DNA from: Pasteurella multocida
GTDB taxonomy: Bacteria; Pseudomonadota; Gammaproteobacteria; Enterobacterales; Pasteurellaceae
DNA: 32,000 nucleotides
Assembly: GCF_900187275.1 (NCBI RefSeq)
Contig: NZ_LT906458.1
Span: forward strand, 2,160,001-2,192,000
Direction: 5' to 3'
Shown: in pieces, positions 1 through 7,686 of the stretch
How positions within the stretch are numbered: the stretch's first letter is position 1
Layout of the letters: the number at the start of each line of letters is the position of its first letter
Program-made: the position numbers and the translations under genes
Notes under the pieces: generated by a model
The model's input: the letters and a program-made list of their open reading frames with translations, nothing else
What the model was told of the DNA's origin: nothing
Databases searched by the model: none

Positions 1-403
1 GTACTAAGTGCGGTGCTTTTTCCAAATTTTTTCGCCAATTCGCAAAGTTATCACCTTCAATAAATTGAATGCTGAATTGGGCTTCTTTACCTTGATTGAG
101 TACATGAATCAAATCTGCGACGGTATTGACCCCTTGCATTGAATACGTTCCCGCTTTGATTTTATTGAGTTGGGGATTTAATTTAAGCAAGTAAGGGAGC
201 AAATTGGCGTTATCGAGGATCTTCTCTTGTTCTAAAAGCGTAGCAAGTTTATTGCCTGTGGTGCCGCGTTCGACGGTTAAAAGCTGATCCGCTTTGACGT
301 TGACCGGCGTGTCCATAAATTGCTGAATATGTTGGTAAGCAACAAACAAAATCCCTAACCCCACGAGAATGAGCAGGAAAAACGAAGTAAGCCATTTTTT
401 CAT
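1..403 (-). CDS. mltG: Endolytic murein transglycosylase MltG/YceG, N-terminal part (gene runs off the left edge)
   Basis: Truncated, so absent from the ORF track. My reverse-strand translation from the ATG at 403..401 gives MKKWLTSFFLLILVGLGILFVAYQHIQQFMDTPVNVKADQLLTVERGTTGNKLATLLEQEKIL...KAGTYSMQGVNTVADLIHVLNQGKEAQFSIQFIEGDNF. This is an N-terminal TM helix followed by the KAGTY and GKEAQF..EG motifs shared with E. coli MltG. Confidence 0.8.
   Translation of the reverse strand, partial: MKKWLTSFFLLILVGLGILFVAYQHIQQFMDTPVNVKADQLLTVERGTTGNKLATLLEQEKILDNANLLPYLLKLNPQLNKIKAGTYSMQGVNTVADLIHVLNQGKEAQFSIQFIEGDNFANWRKNLEKAPHLV
6..14 (+). repeat. Hin-type uptake signal sequence core AAGTGCGGT
   Basis: Exact 9-mer, found by hand scan. 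Confidence 0.8.
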
Positions 404-481
404 CGATACGAATTATCCGTCCACAGTAAAGTCACAGTTTGGCGATTATAGCATAAAGCTGGGCAGAAATTGATAAGCCCT

Positions 482-511
482 AAAAGACAAAATGCGATCT
501 GAATGATCGCA
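482..511 (-). terminator. Rho-independent terminator downstream of serA
   Basis: Perfect 7-bp inverted repeat TGCGATC (493..499) / GATCGCA (505..511) with a 5-nt loop. On the minus strand it is followed by TTTTGTCTTTT (complement of 482..492). It lies 25 nt after the serA stop. Confidence 0.65.
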
Positions 512-535
512 CTTTGCATGAGATGAAGTCTATCA

Positions 536-1768
536 CTAGTACAAGACGCGTGCGCGAATCGTGCCTTCAATCTCTTTTAATTGCGTTAATAAGCTGTGTG
601 TGTCTTCTGTCTCAACATCGATTACGACATAACCGATCGCTGGGTCTGTTTGTAAATATTGTGCGGCGATATTCACGTTAGCATCCACAAACACTTGGTT
701 AATCTTATTGAGTACCCCTTGTTTATTGTGGTGAATATGTAATAAGCGTTTAGTACCAACATGTTCAGGGAGTGACACTTCAGGGAAGTTGACCGCAGAA
801 AGGGTAGAACCATTATCTGAATATTTGACAAATTTACCGGATACTTCTGCACCAATGTTTTCTTGTGCTTCTGACGTGGAGCCACCGATGTGCGGCGTAA
901 GAATCACATTATCAAAAGCACGCAACGGTGAAACAAATTCCTCTTGAATGGAGGCGGGTTCTTCTGGGAAGACATCTAAGGCTGCGCCACGGATTTTGCC
1001 AGCCTCTAAGGCTTGTGCTAAGGCATCAATATCTACTACTGTTCCTCTTGCCGCATTAATTAAGATGGCGCCTTCTTTTAATTGTGCGATGCGTTCTGCA
1101 CTGATGAGGTTTTTGGTTGAGGCATTTTCAGGCACATGTAATGACACTACATCACAGCTAGACAGAAGTTCTTCTAATGTACGTAATTGCTGCGCATTGC
1201 CTAATGGCAATTTATTCTCGATATCATAGAAGAATACGCGCATCCCGAGTGACTCCGCAATAATACTTAACTGTGAACCGATATGCCCGTAACCAATGAT
1301 ACCCAGTTTTTTACCACGTACTTCATGTGATCCATTGGCTGATTTATTCCAAATCCCACGGTGTACTTCGGCATTGGCTTGGGGAACGTTACGCATTAAC
1401 AGGAGAATTTCCCCTAACACTAACTCTGCTACAGAACGGGTATTTGAAAACGGCGCATTAAACACTGGAATACCACGTAATTTTGCTGCTTGTAAATTGA
1501 CTTGGTTAGTACCGATACAGAAACAACCAATCGCAATTAATTTTTGTGCATGGGCAAGTACTTCTTCCGTTAAGAACGTGCGTGAGCGGATACCCACAAA
1601 GTGCGCATCTTTAATGGCTTCTTTTAATTCATCATCATCTAAGGCTTTTTTATGGTATTCAATGTTGGTATAGCCAGCATTTTGTAGCACTTCCAATGCC
1701 GTTTGATGGACACCTTCTAATAAGAGAAATTTAATTTTAGATTTATCTAAAGACACTTTGGTCGTCAT
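536..1768 (-). CDS. serA: D-3-phosphoglycerate dehydrogenase
   Basis: 410 aa, the same length as E. coli SerA. It has the N-terminal KIKFLLLEGVHQ, the GIIGYGHIG NAD-binding motif and a C-terminal ACT-like domain. Confidence 0.95.
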   Translation of the reverse strand: MTTKVSLDKSKIKFLLLEGVHQTALEVLQNAGYTNIEYHKKALDDDELKEAIKDAHFVGIRSRTFLTEEVLAHAQKLIAIGCFCIGTNQVNLQAAKLRGIPVFNAPFSNTRSVAELVLGEILLLMRNVPQANAEVHRGIWNKSANGSHEVRGKKLGIIGYGHIGSQLSIIAESLGMRVFFYDIENKLPLGNAQQLRTLEELLSSCDVVSLHVPENASTKNLISAERIAQLKEGAILINAARGTVVDIDALAQALEAGKIRGAALDVFPEEPASIQEEFVSPLRAFDNVILTPHIGGSTSEAQENIGAEVSGKFVKYSDNGSTLSAVNFPEVSLPEHVGTKRLLHIHHNKQGVLNKINQVFVDANVNIAAQYLQTDPAIGYVVIDVETEDTHSLLTQLKEIEGTIRARVLY

Positions 1769-1785
1769 GTTTGCTTTCCTTTTTG

Positions 1786-2445
1786 TTATTCAATGACTTT
1801 GGCACCTTCAGGCGTGCCGACAATAATAATATCTGCTGCGCGTAGAGCAAAAATGCCATTGGTGACCACGCCCGGCACATTATTTAATTCTTTTTCCATT
1901 TCAACAGGATTCATAATAGCAAAATGATAGACATCTAAAATCACGTTACCATTATCTGTAACAACACCTTCGCGGTATTCTGGTGAGCCACCTAAGGCGA
2001 CTAATTTACGCGCCACTTGGGAGCGCGCCATTGGAATCACCTCAACTGGTAAGGCGAAAGTTGAGCCGAGCACATCAACTTGTTTACTTGTATCAACGAT
2101 ACAAATGAATTTTTTTGCCAACGCTGCCACAATTTTTTCACGGGTTAGTGCGGCACCTCCGCCTTTGATCATCATTTTCTGTGGGTTAATCTCATCGGCA
2201 CCATCGACATAGATATCAAGGCTTGAAACCTCATTGGCACTAAACACTTCAATCCCTTGTTTTGCTAATAAGGCTTCTGAGGCTTTTGAGGCCGCCACCG
2301 CCCCTTTAATTTGATCTCGCATACTCCCTAGCGCTTCAATAAAACAATTGACTGTTGAGCCACTGCCTACCCCAATGATTGAATCGGGCTTCACGTATTG
2401 CAGTGCGGCTGCCGCAGCCATTTTTTTCATTTCAAGTTGATCCAT
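1786..2445 (-). CDS. rpiA: Ribose-5-phosphate isomerase A
   Basis: Motifs [25 protein letters not shown] and VVTDNGN match RpiA. I moved the start to the ATG at 2445 (MDQLEMKK..., 219 aa like E. coli RpiA). It is preceded by AAGGAA, whereas the ORF-track start at 2466 is a TTG with no SD. Confidence 0.93.
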   Translation of the reverse strand: MDQLEMKKMAAAAALQYVKPDSIIGVGSGSTVNCFIEALGSMRDQIKGAVAASKASEALLAKQGIEVFSANEVSSLDIYVDGADEINPQKMMIKGGGAALTREKIVAALAKKFICIVDTSKQVDVLGSTFALPVEVIPMARSQVARKLVALGGSPEYREGVVTDNGNVILDVYHFAIMNPVEMEKELNNVPGVVTNGIFALRAADIIIVGTPEGAKVIE

Positions 2446-2596
2446 GTTGATTCCTTTAAATTGCAAATAATCCTGTTTAACGTCGTGCTAAAAGCAATGT
2501 AGCACGACATCTTTTGATTGATATATAACTTGCGTAATCGTTTGCGCATGGTGTAATAACGCCTTACTTTAATCTTATTCAAGCGGATTAACAAGC

Positions 2597-3751
2597 CTAT
2601 TTTGGTAAAAATTCTGCTAACAATTCATTTAAAAATAACTTGCCTTGTTCGGTCACTTGCCATGCAACTTCCGTTTCAACAAGATATTTTTTGGCTAATG
2701 CCCATTGAATTTGTGGCTGAATACTTTCTTCACACAGTCCAGTGAGTCGGGTGAAATCTGTTTTGGGGACCGCTTCTAATAAACGAAAACGGTTCATAAA
2801 AAATTCAAAAGCCAGATCTTCTGTGGCAACGGTTTTTTCTTCGTACAAATAGTCCCCACGCATATAACCTTTTGGATGTTTGGTTTTTGAATAACGTTTA
2901 ATTTCGCCGTTGGGTTGTGTGATTTTACCATGTGCACCACAACCAATTGCTAAATAATCACCAAAACGCCAATAATTCAGGTTATGCCGACATTGAAAAG
3001 CGGGTTTCGCATAAGCAGAGGTTTCATATTGCACATAACCTGCCTCCGTTAATAGTTGATGACCTTGTTCAAAAATATCCCAGAGTGCGTCATCATCAGG
3101 CAAAACGGGCGGACGATAGGCAAACATCGTATTAGGTTCAATAGTGAGTTGATACCAAGAAAGGTGGGGAGGCTCGAGCGCAATCGCTTGTTGTAAATCA
3201 GAGAGCGCTTCTTCTAAGGTCTGGTTAGGTAGCCCGTGCATCAGATCTAAATTAAAACTTTTTAGCCCGGAAAGTTTGGCAAAACCAACCGCACTTTTGG
3301 CTTCTTGTGCATTATGGATGCGACCTAAACGTACTAATTTATCATCATTGAAGCTTTGAATACCCATTGAAATGCGGGTGACACCTGCTTGGACATAACC
3401 TTTGAAACGTTCTGCTTCGGCTGTACCGGGATTAGCTTCAAGCGTAATTTCAATGTCGGGTTGAAAAGGGAGACATTGTGCAACGCCAGATAAGAGCGTA
3501 TGAATTCCTTCCGCAGAAAATAGACTAGGTGTTCCTCCCCCAATAAAAATCGAATGGAGAGAACGATCTTGAATACTGTCTTGAAAACATTGCCGATCTT
3601 GATGTAGATCTTGCAATAAGTGGGCAATATAGTCTTGTTCAGGAATATGTCCTTTTTGTGCATGAGAATTAAAATCACAATAAGGGCATTTTTGTACACA
3701 CCAAGGAATATGAATATACAGGCTTAGTGGGGGAAGGCGGTTTATATTCAC
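2597..3751 (-). CDS. hemW: Radical SAM heme chaperone HemW (YggW, coproporphyrinogen-III-oxidase-like)
   Basis: LPPLSLYIHIPWCVQKCPYCDFNSHA (CxxxCxxC) and near-colinear similarity to E. coli HemW along the whole length (e.g. PPHLSWYQLTIEPNT, NLNYWRFGDY). It starts at GTG and overlaps the upstream stop by 1 nt. Confidence 0.9.
   Translation of the reverse strand: MNINRLPPLSLYIHIPWCVQKCPYCDFNSHAQKGHIPEQDYIAHLLQDLHQDRQCFQDSIQDRSLHSIFIGGGTPSLFSAEGIHTLLSGVAQCLPFQPDIEITLEANPGTAEAERFKGYVQAGVTRISMGIQSFNDDKLVRLGRIHNAQEAKSAVGFAKLSGLKSFNLDLMHGLPNQTLEEALSDLQQAIALEPPHLSWYQLTIEPNTMFAYRPPVLPDDDALWDIFEQGHQLLTEAGYVQYETSAYAKPAFQCRHNLNYWRFGDYLAIGCGAHGKITQPNGEIKRYSKTKHPKGYMRGDYLYEEKTVATEDLAFEFFMNRFRLLEAVPKTDFTRLTGLCEESIQPQIQWALAKKYLVETEVAWQVTEQGKLFLNELLAEFLPK
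3288..3296 (-). repeat. Hin-type USS core (ACCGCACTT on the plus strand)
   Basis: Exact 9-mer, found by hand scan. Confidence 0.8.
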
Positions 3752-4074
3752 TAACGTACCACCACGGCTGTTCCACTTGCCACAATCATAAACATACTTT
3801 TGCCTTCACCATTGATTGATGTGTAATTGACTTCGACACCCACAACCGCATTGGCGCCTAAACGTTTTGCCTGCTGTTGTAATTCTTCTAAGGCTTCTTT
3901 GCGAGCACGCGCAATTTTGGACTCGTATGCCCCAGAGCGTCCACCAATGATATCAGTAATGCCCGCAAAAAAGTCACGGATAAAGTTTGAGCCAGCAACC
4001 ACTTCACCGAATACCACCTCTTTGTATTCAATGATTTGTTTTCCCTCAATGCTTGGCGTCGTGGTAATAAGCAT
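3751..4074 (-). CDS. ybjQ: YbjQ/UPF0145 family protein
   Basis: 107 aa. The pattern TTTPSIEGKQI...GEVV.G.N..RD.FAGI.DI.GGRSG.YE......R..A..E....A...GANAV.G is typical of the YbjQ family. Confidence 0.85.
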   Translation of the reverse strand: MLITTTPSIEGKQIIEYKEVVFGEVVAGSNFIRDFFAGITDIIGGRSGAYESKIARARKEALEELQQQAKRLGANAVVGVEVNYTSINGEGKSMFMIVASGTAVVVR

Positions 4075-4083
4075 AGGTATTCC

Positions 4084-4764
4084 TTATTTAAGTTGGTCTA
4101 ACAGTGAAAAAAGTGCAGTTGGTTTTTGTTTAATTTCAGCTGCCATTTTGTTGGCTAGTTTTTGTGCTTGTGGCCAATCAGCCCGATTGAGGACATCGCC
4201 ACTGCATAAATACTCCATATCTTCTTTATTGATATCACCATGGCGCAAATTGTTATACGTTGCTAGAGTGCAGGCCTTAATGGTAGAAAATGCTACACCA
4301 TAATTTTTGGCTAGCCGACTGTCACCGTAAATCCAGCTTAATTGGGCAAGTGCCGTGTAGTTTTCTAATTCTGCGGCTTGTTTGAGTTTGCTCACAATCA
4401 GCGCGTAATTTTTAGGTTGCTGTTTATCTAATTGATACACTTCATCGAAGATTTTTTGACTCCCATTTGGTGCCAAGTCTTGTAATAATCTCGGATCATA
4501 TTCTGCCAAAATATCGTCTAATAAATCTTGCGCAACGTCGTATTTATTATTGGCAGCTTGCTCCAACCAGTAGAAAAAGTCACTTCGTTTTAAGTGTGCC
4601 ATATCAGTAGTTGTCTGCAAACTCATGGCTAAATCATACTGTGCTTCTGGATTGCCTTTTTGTGCCTCTTTTAGTAATTCAATTTGCTCAGGTAAATAAT
4701 CTAGTCCATAAACTGTGTGAGATAAAGTAAAGCTCATTAAAAATAGACCGCACTTTTTCCACAT
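4084..4764 (-). CDS. Secreted Sel1-like repeat protein (hypothetical)
   Basis: N-terminal signal-like segment MWKKCGLFLMSFTLSHTVYG. There are three degenerate Sel1-type repeats (EAQKGNPEAQYDLAMSL; WLEQAANNKYDVAQDLL; LKQAAELENYTALAQLSWIYG). It is tightly packed between rdgB and the YbjQ gene. Confidence 0.5.
   Translation of the reverse strand: MWKKCGLFLMSFTLSHTVYGLDYLPEQIELLKEAQKGNPEAQYDLAMSLQTTTDMAHLKRSDFFYWLEQAANNKYDVAQDLLDDILAEYDPRLLQDLAPNGSQKIFDEVYQLDKQQPKNYALIVSKLKQAAELENYTALAQLSWIYGDSRLAKNYGVAFSTIKACTLATYNNLRHGDINKEDMEYLCSGDVLNRADWPQAQKLANKMAAEIKQKPTALFSLLDQLK
4747..4755 (-). repeat. Hin-type USS core
   Basis: Exact 9-mer ACCGCACTT on the plus strand. Confidence 0.8.
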
Positions 4765-4766
4765 AA

Positions 4767-5375
4767 CTAAGCTCCTTTTGTTGCTAATTTAGTTTGTAAC
4801 ACAGATAGCGCTTTTGCTCGGTGGGAAATTTTTTTCTTTTCACTTGTTGCTAACTCCGCAAAAGTGCAGTTTACTTCAGGACTAAAGAATAGGCTGTCAT
4901 AGCCAAAGCCATTTTCGCCTTTTTCTGCAAAACCAATTTCACCATAACATTCTCCTTCGGCAATAATCGGAGAAGGATCGTGTTCGTGTTGTAACATGAC
5001 GATACAGCTGACAAATTTTGCTTGTCGATGTGTTGGCGCGATATGATGTAGCGCGTGTAATAATTTTGCGCGGTTTTTCGCGTCTGCATCAGGACCATCT
5101 ACCCCCGCATAGCGTGCAGAGTATAAACCCGGTGCGCCACCAAGGGCAGGCACGACTAACCCTGAGTCATCAGCAATGGCGGGTAAGCCTGACATTTTAC
5201 TGGCATAGCGTGCTTTTAATAGTGCATTTTCCACAAATGTCAAACCAGTTTCTTCTGGGCTTTCAATGTTGAGTTCTGTTTGAGCAATCACTTCAAAACC
5301 AAAATCAGCCAAGACATCTGACATTTCTTTGACTTTTCCTAAGTTGCCTGTTGCTAAGACGATTTTTTGTTTCAT
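4767..5375 (-). CDS. rdgB: dITP/XTP pyrophosphatase (non-canonical purine NTPase)
   Basis: [36 protein letters not shown] and FGYD are Ham1/RdgB family motifs. It lies next to hemW, as in E. coli. Confidence 0.9.
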   Translation of the reverse strand: MKQKIVLATGNLGKVKEMSDVLADFGFEVIAQTELNIESPEETGLTFVENALLKARYASKMSGLPAIADDSGLVVPALGGAPGLYSARYAGVDGPDADAKNRAKLLHALHHIAPTHRQAKFVSCIVMLQHEHDPSPIIAEGECYGEIGFAEKGENGFGYDSLFFSPEVNCTFAELATSEKKKISHRAKALSVLQTKLATKGA

Positions 5376-5441
5376 TTGAGACCTTGTACTGAAGAAAATG
5401 TGAGGAAATTATACGCTTTTCTACGACATAAAGCCAAATGA

Positions 5442-5465
5442 CAAAAGCGGAATCCTAAGATTCCA
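5442..5465 (-). terminator. Probable terminator downstream of comEA
   Basis: 6-bp stem GGAATC (5449..5454) / GATTCC (5459..5464) with loop CTAA. On the minus strand it is followed by GCTTTTGTCATTT. It lies about 30 nt after the comEA stop. Confidence 0.4.
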
Positions 5466-5495
5466 CATGTGAATAAAATGAGGTGATGAGGAGGG

Positions 5496-5843
5496 TTAGA
5501 GTTGAAGGCGTGTTTTATTTTTTTCCAAGATAGCTTGACCAATACCTTGAATATCACGTAATTGTTCAATATCGGTAAACGGACCATGCTTTTCTCGGTG
5601 TTGGATAATGGCTTCAGCTTTTTTCGCGCCAATGCCAAGTAGCTTTTGTTGCAAGTCAGTTGCGCTGGCTGTATTAATATTCACTTTTTCATTAAGTGTA
5701 TCCTGTGGTTTGCTTTGTATGTTTTGTACTACAGCGTGTTCTGTTTTCGCTTTTGTCATGTTTGCTGATTCAGCACATACATTGCTACTGTTAGAAAGAG
5801 AAACAAAGACAAAAACAGAAAATAAAAGAGATTTTAATTTCAT
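5496..5843 (-). CDS. comEA: Competence protein ComEA/ComE1 (periplasmic helix-hairpin-helix DNA-binding protein)
   Basis: Signal peptide MKLKSLLFSVFVFVSLS. The C-terminal VNINTASATDLQQ.LLGIGAKKAEAIIQHREKHGPFTDIEQLRDIQGIG is a tandem HhH motif. Confidence 0.85.
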   Translation of the reverse strand: MKLKSLLFSVFVFVSLSNSSNVCAESANMTKAKTEHAVVQNIQSKPQDTLNEKVNINTASATDLQQKLLGIGAKKAEAIIQHREKHGPFTDIEQLRDIQGIGQAILEKNKTRLQL

Positions 5844-5949
5844 AAGTCTTCCTTAAAAATATTTGAGGTTAATAAGAAGAAGGTGTTGAACAAATTCAAC
5901 AGGGGCTATTTTCTCGATCAGAAAGGTCTTTGACTAAAATAGGGTGTTT

Positions 5950-5971
5950 TTTTGAGATGAAGATCGAAAAA
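5950..5971. promoter_or_regulatory. Weak candidate CRP / CRP-S-like site upstream of comEA
   Basis: TTTTGAGATGAAGATCGAAAAA has T-rich and A-rich flanks and the core TGAGA-N6-TCGAA, against the CRP-S core TGCGA-N6-TCGCA (2 core mismatches). It lies about 110-130 nt upstream of the comEA ATG. A related copy, TTGAGTGAAAGATCG, starts at 6002. Confidence 0.2.
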
Positions 5972-6055
5972 GAAAATTATTGTTGCCAGAATTTTTCATC
6001 CTTGAGTGAAAGATCGCCATCTGATGATAGGATTGAATCATGTTGTTGAGCCAAT

Positions 6056-6087
6056 AAAAAAACCACGGGTATTCAATCCGTGGTTTT
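6056..6087 (-). terminator. Rho-independent terminator downstream of ispH
   Basis: Stem CCACGG (6063..6068) / CCGTGG (6078..6083) is extended by A:T pairs and has a 9-nt loop. On the minus strand it is followed by a 7-nt T run (complement of 6056..6062). Confidence 0.65.
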
Positions 6088-6121
6088 CATCATGTCTGGA
6101 TAAATTAAGCAATGAGGGAGG

Positions 6122-7069
6122 CTAATTGACTTCGGTAATACGCAGTTCTCTCGGCACTTCAAACACCGTATTTTCTTCACACCCTTGTAGCTCTTCTACA
6201 CGGGTAACACCTAATTCTTGCAAACGTTTGACGACCGATTGGACTAACACTTCTGGAGCAGAGGCACCAGCAGTAATCCCAATGGTAGTTACATTTTCTA
6301 GCCAAGTTGGATCAATGTCATTTGCATCATCAATCAGTTTGGAGACGACGCCCATACGAGAGGCAAGCTCAGCTAACCGGTTAGAGTTAGACGAATTTTT
6401 AGAACCAACGACAATGACTAAATCGGATTGTTGTGCCAGTTCACGCACGGCTTGTTGGCGGTTGGTGGTGGCATAACAAATATCGTTTTTACGCGGACCT
6501 TGAATAGCCGGGTATTTTTGTTTGAGTGCTTCAATCACTTCACTGGTATCGTCAATTGACAAGGTAGTCTGTGTCATAAAGGTTAAATCATCTTCTTGTC
6601 TTAACCCTAACTTAGCAATATCTTCCACACTTTCCACCAAGAAAATGCCCCCTTCAGGGTTGTCATATTGCCCCATCGTGCCTTCGACTTCTGGATGCCC
6701 CTCGTGACCAATTAAGATCGCCTTGGTACCTTTACGGCTTGCCCTTGCCACTTGCATATGGACTTTTGTCACTAAAGGACAGGTCGCATCAAACACTTTG
6801 AGATTGCGATTTTTGGCTTCTTGGCGGACCGCTTGTGAAACACCATGGGCTGAGAAAATCACAATCGCACCATCCGGTACTTCATGTAATTCTTCTACAA
6901 AAATTGCCCCACGTTCGCGTAACCCATTAACAACAAAGCGGTTGTGTACCACTTCATGACGCACATAAATAGGTGAACCGTGAATCTCTAACGCAGATTC
7001 TACGATACTAATCGCACGATCAACACCGGCACAGAAACCACGTGGATTGGCTAAAATAATTTTCATCAT
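6122..7069 (-). CDS. ispH: 4-hydroxy-3-methylbut-2-enyl diphosphate reductase
   Basis: [34 protein letters not shown] and [11 protein letters not shown] give near-colinear similarity to E. coli IspH/LytB. The second ATG (7066) has better spacing to AGAGGA and may be the true start. Confidence 0.95.
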
Positions 7070-7078
7070 CGTCCTCTA

Positions 7079-7576
7079 TTATTCTGTACGTTGTTCAGGC
7101 TCATGGCGATTTTTGAACGCATCAAGAATCATCAATCCTGCACCAAGGGAAATGGCGATGTCGGCAACATTGAAAACTGGGTAGTGATAAATATCCCAGT
7201 AAAAATCAAAGAAATCGACAACAAAACCATGATATAAACGATCAATCATATTACCTAATGCCCCACCAATAATCAGTGCGTAGGCAATATTCTGTAATTT
7301 CTGTGTTGCTTGATTTTTTGCGAGAAAATAACACAACATCAGTGAAATCGCGATGGCAAGCACAATAAAAAAGTATTTTTGCCAACCATCGTGATCGGCT
7401 AAGAAGCTAAATGCTGCGCCATAGTTCCGCACATAAGTTAAATTAAACACGGGAAGAATATTGATACTTTCATACAGTTCAAAATTTTTTACGACGAAAT
7501 ATTTGCTGCTTAAATCTAATAAAAATGTCACCGCACTTAACCAAAGAAATGAAAGCCCACTTTTCGATTTTGTCAT
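7079..7576 (-). CDS. lspA: Lipoprotein signal peptidase (signal peptidase II)
   Basis: 165 aa and four hydrophobic segments. The motifs N.GAAFSF and GGALGN..DR...G.VVDF.......P.FN.AD are LspA catalytic Asp motifs. Confidence 0.95.
   Translation of the reverse strand: MTKSKSGLSFLWLSAVTFLLDLSSKYFVVKNFELYESINILPVFNLTYVRNYGAAFSFLADHDGWQKYFFIVLAIAISLMLCYFLAKNQATQKLQNIAYALIIGGALGNMIDRLYHGFVVDFFDFYWDIYHYPVFNVADIAISLGAGLMILDAFKNRHEPEQRTE
7530..7538 (-). repeat. Hin-type USS core
   Basis: Exact 9-mer ACCGCACTT on the plus strand. Confidence 0.8.
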
Positions 7577-7608
7577 AATAACCTTTACATCGTTTCAATA
7601 TTGCAAGA

Positions 7609-7679
7609 GGCGAACGTTCATGTTCGCCTGTAAGAATAAATTCGAGCATGCACAACAAAGGCAGGATAAACTGCCTTTG
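7609..7679 (-). other. Two intercistronic stem-loops between ileS and lspA
   Basis: GGCGAAC (7609..7615) / GTTCGCC (7622..7628), loop 6 nt. CAAAGGCAG (7656..7664) / CTGCCTTTG (7671..7679), loop 6 nt. Neither has a clean T run on the minus strand. Confidence 0.4.
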
Positions 7680-7686
7680 TGCAAGA

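Noticed and set aside
493-511. TGCGATC-N5-GATCGCA looked like a competence CRP-S site (TGCGA...TCGCA)
   Set aside because: The half-site spacing is wrong: the TGCGA and TCGCA pentamers are 9 nt apart, not 6. It lies just after the serA stop with a T run following on the minus strand, so it is better explained as the serA terminator.
673-1673. ORF-track entries 673..885 (-), 948..1229 (+) and 1296..1673 (+) inside serA
   Set aside because: They lie entirely within the well-supported serA reading frame, in other frames or on the antisense strand. Their sequences are low-complexity or biased and match no family I recognise.
5372-5638. 88-aa ORF overlapping the 3' end of comEA and the rdgB start
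   Set aside because: It is out of frame with comEA, spans the predicted comEA terminator, and has no SD or family resemblance.
5957-6049. 30-codon plus-strand ORF MKIEKENYCCQNFSSLSERSPSDDRIESCC with Cys pairs at both ends
   Set aside because: It has no SD. It lies in the ispH-terminator/comEA-promoter spacer on the opposite strand to all neighbours, and I have no supporting evidence beyond the open frame.
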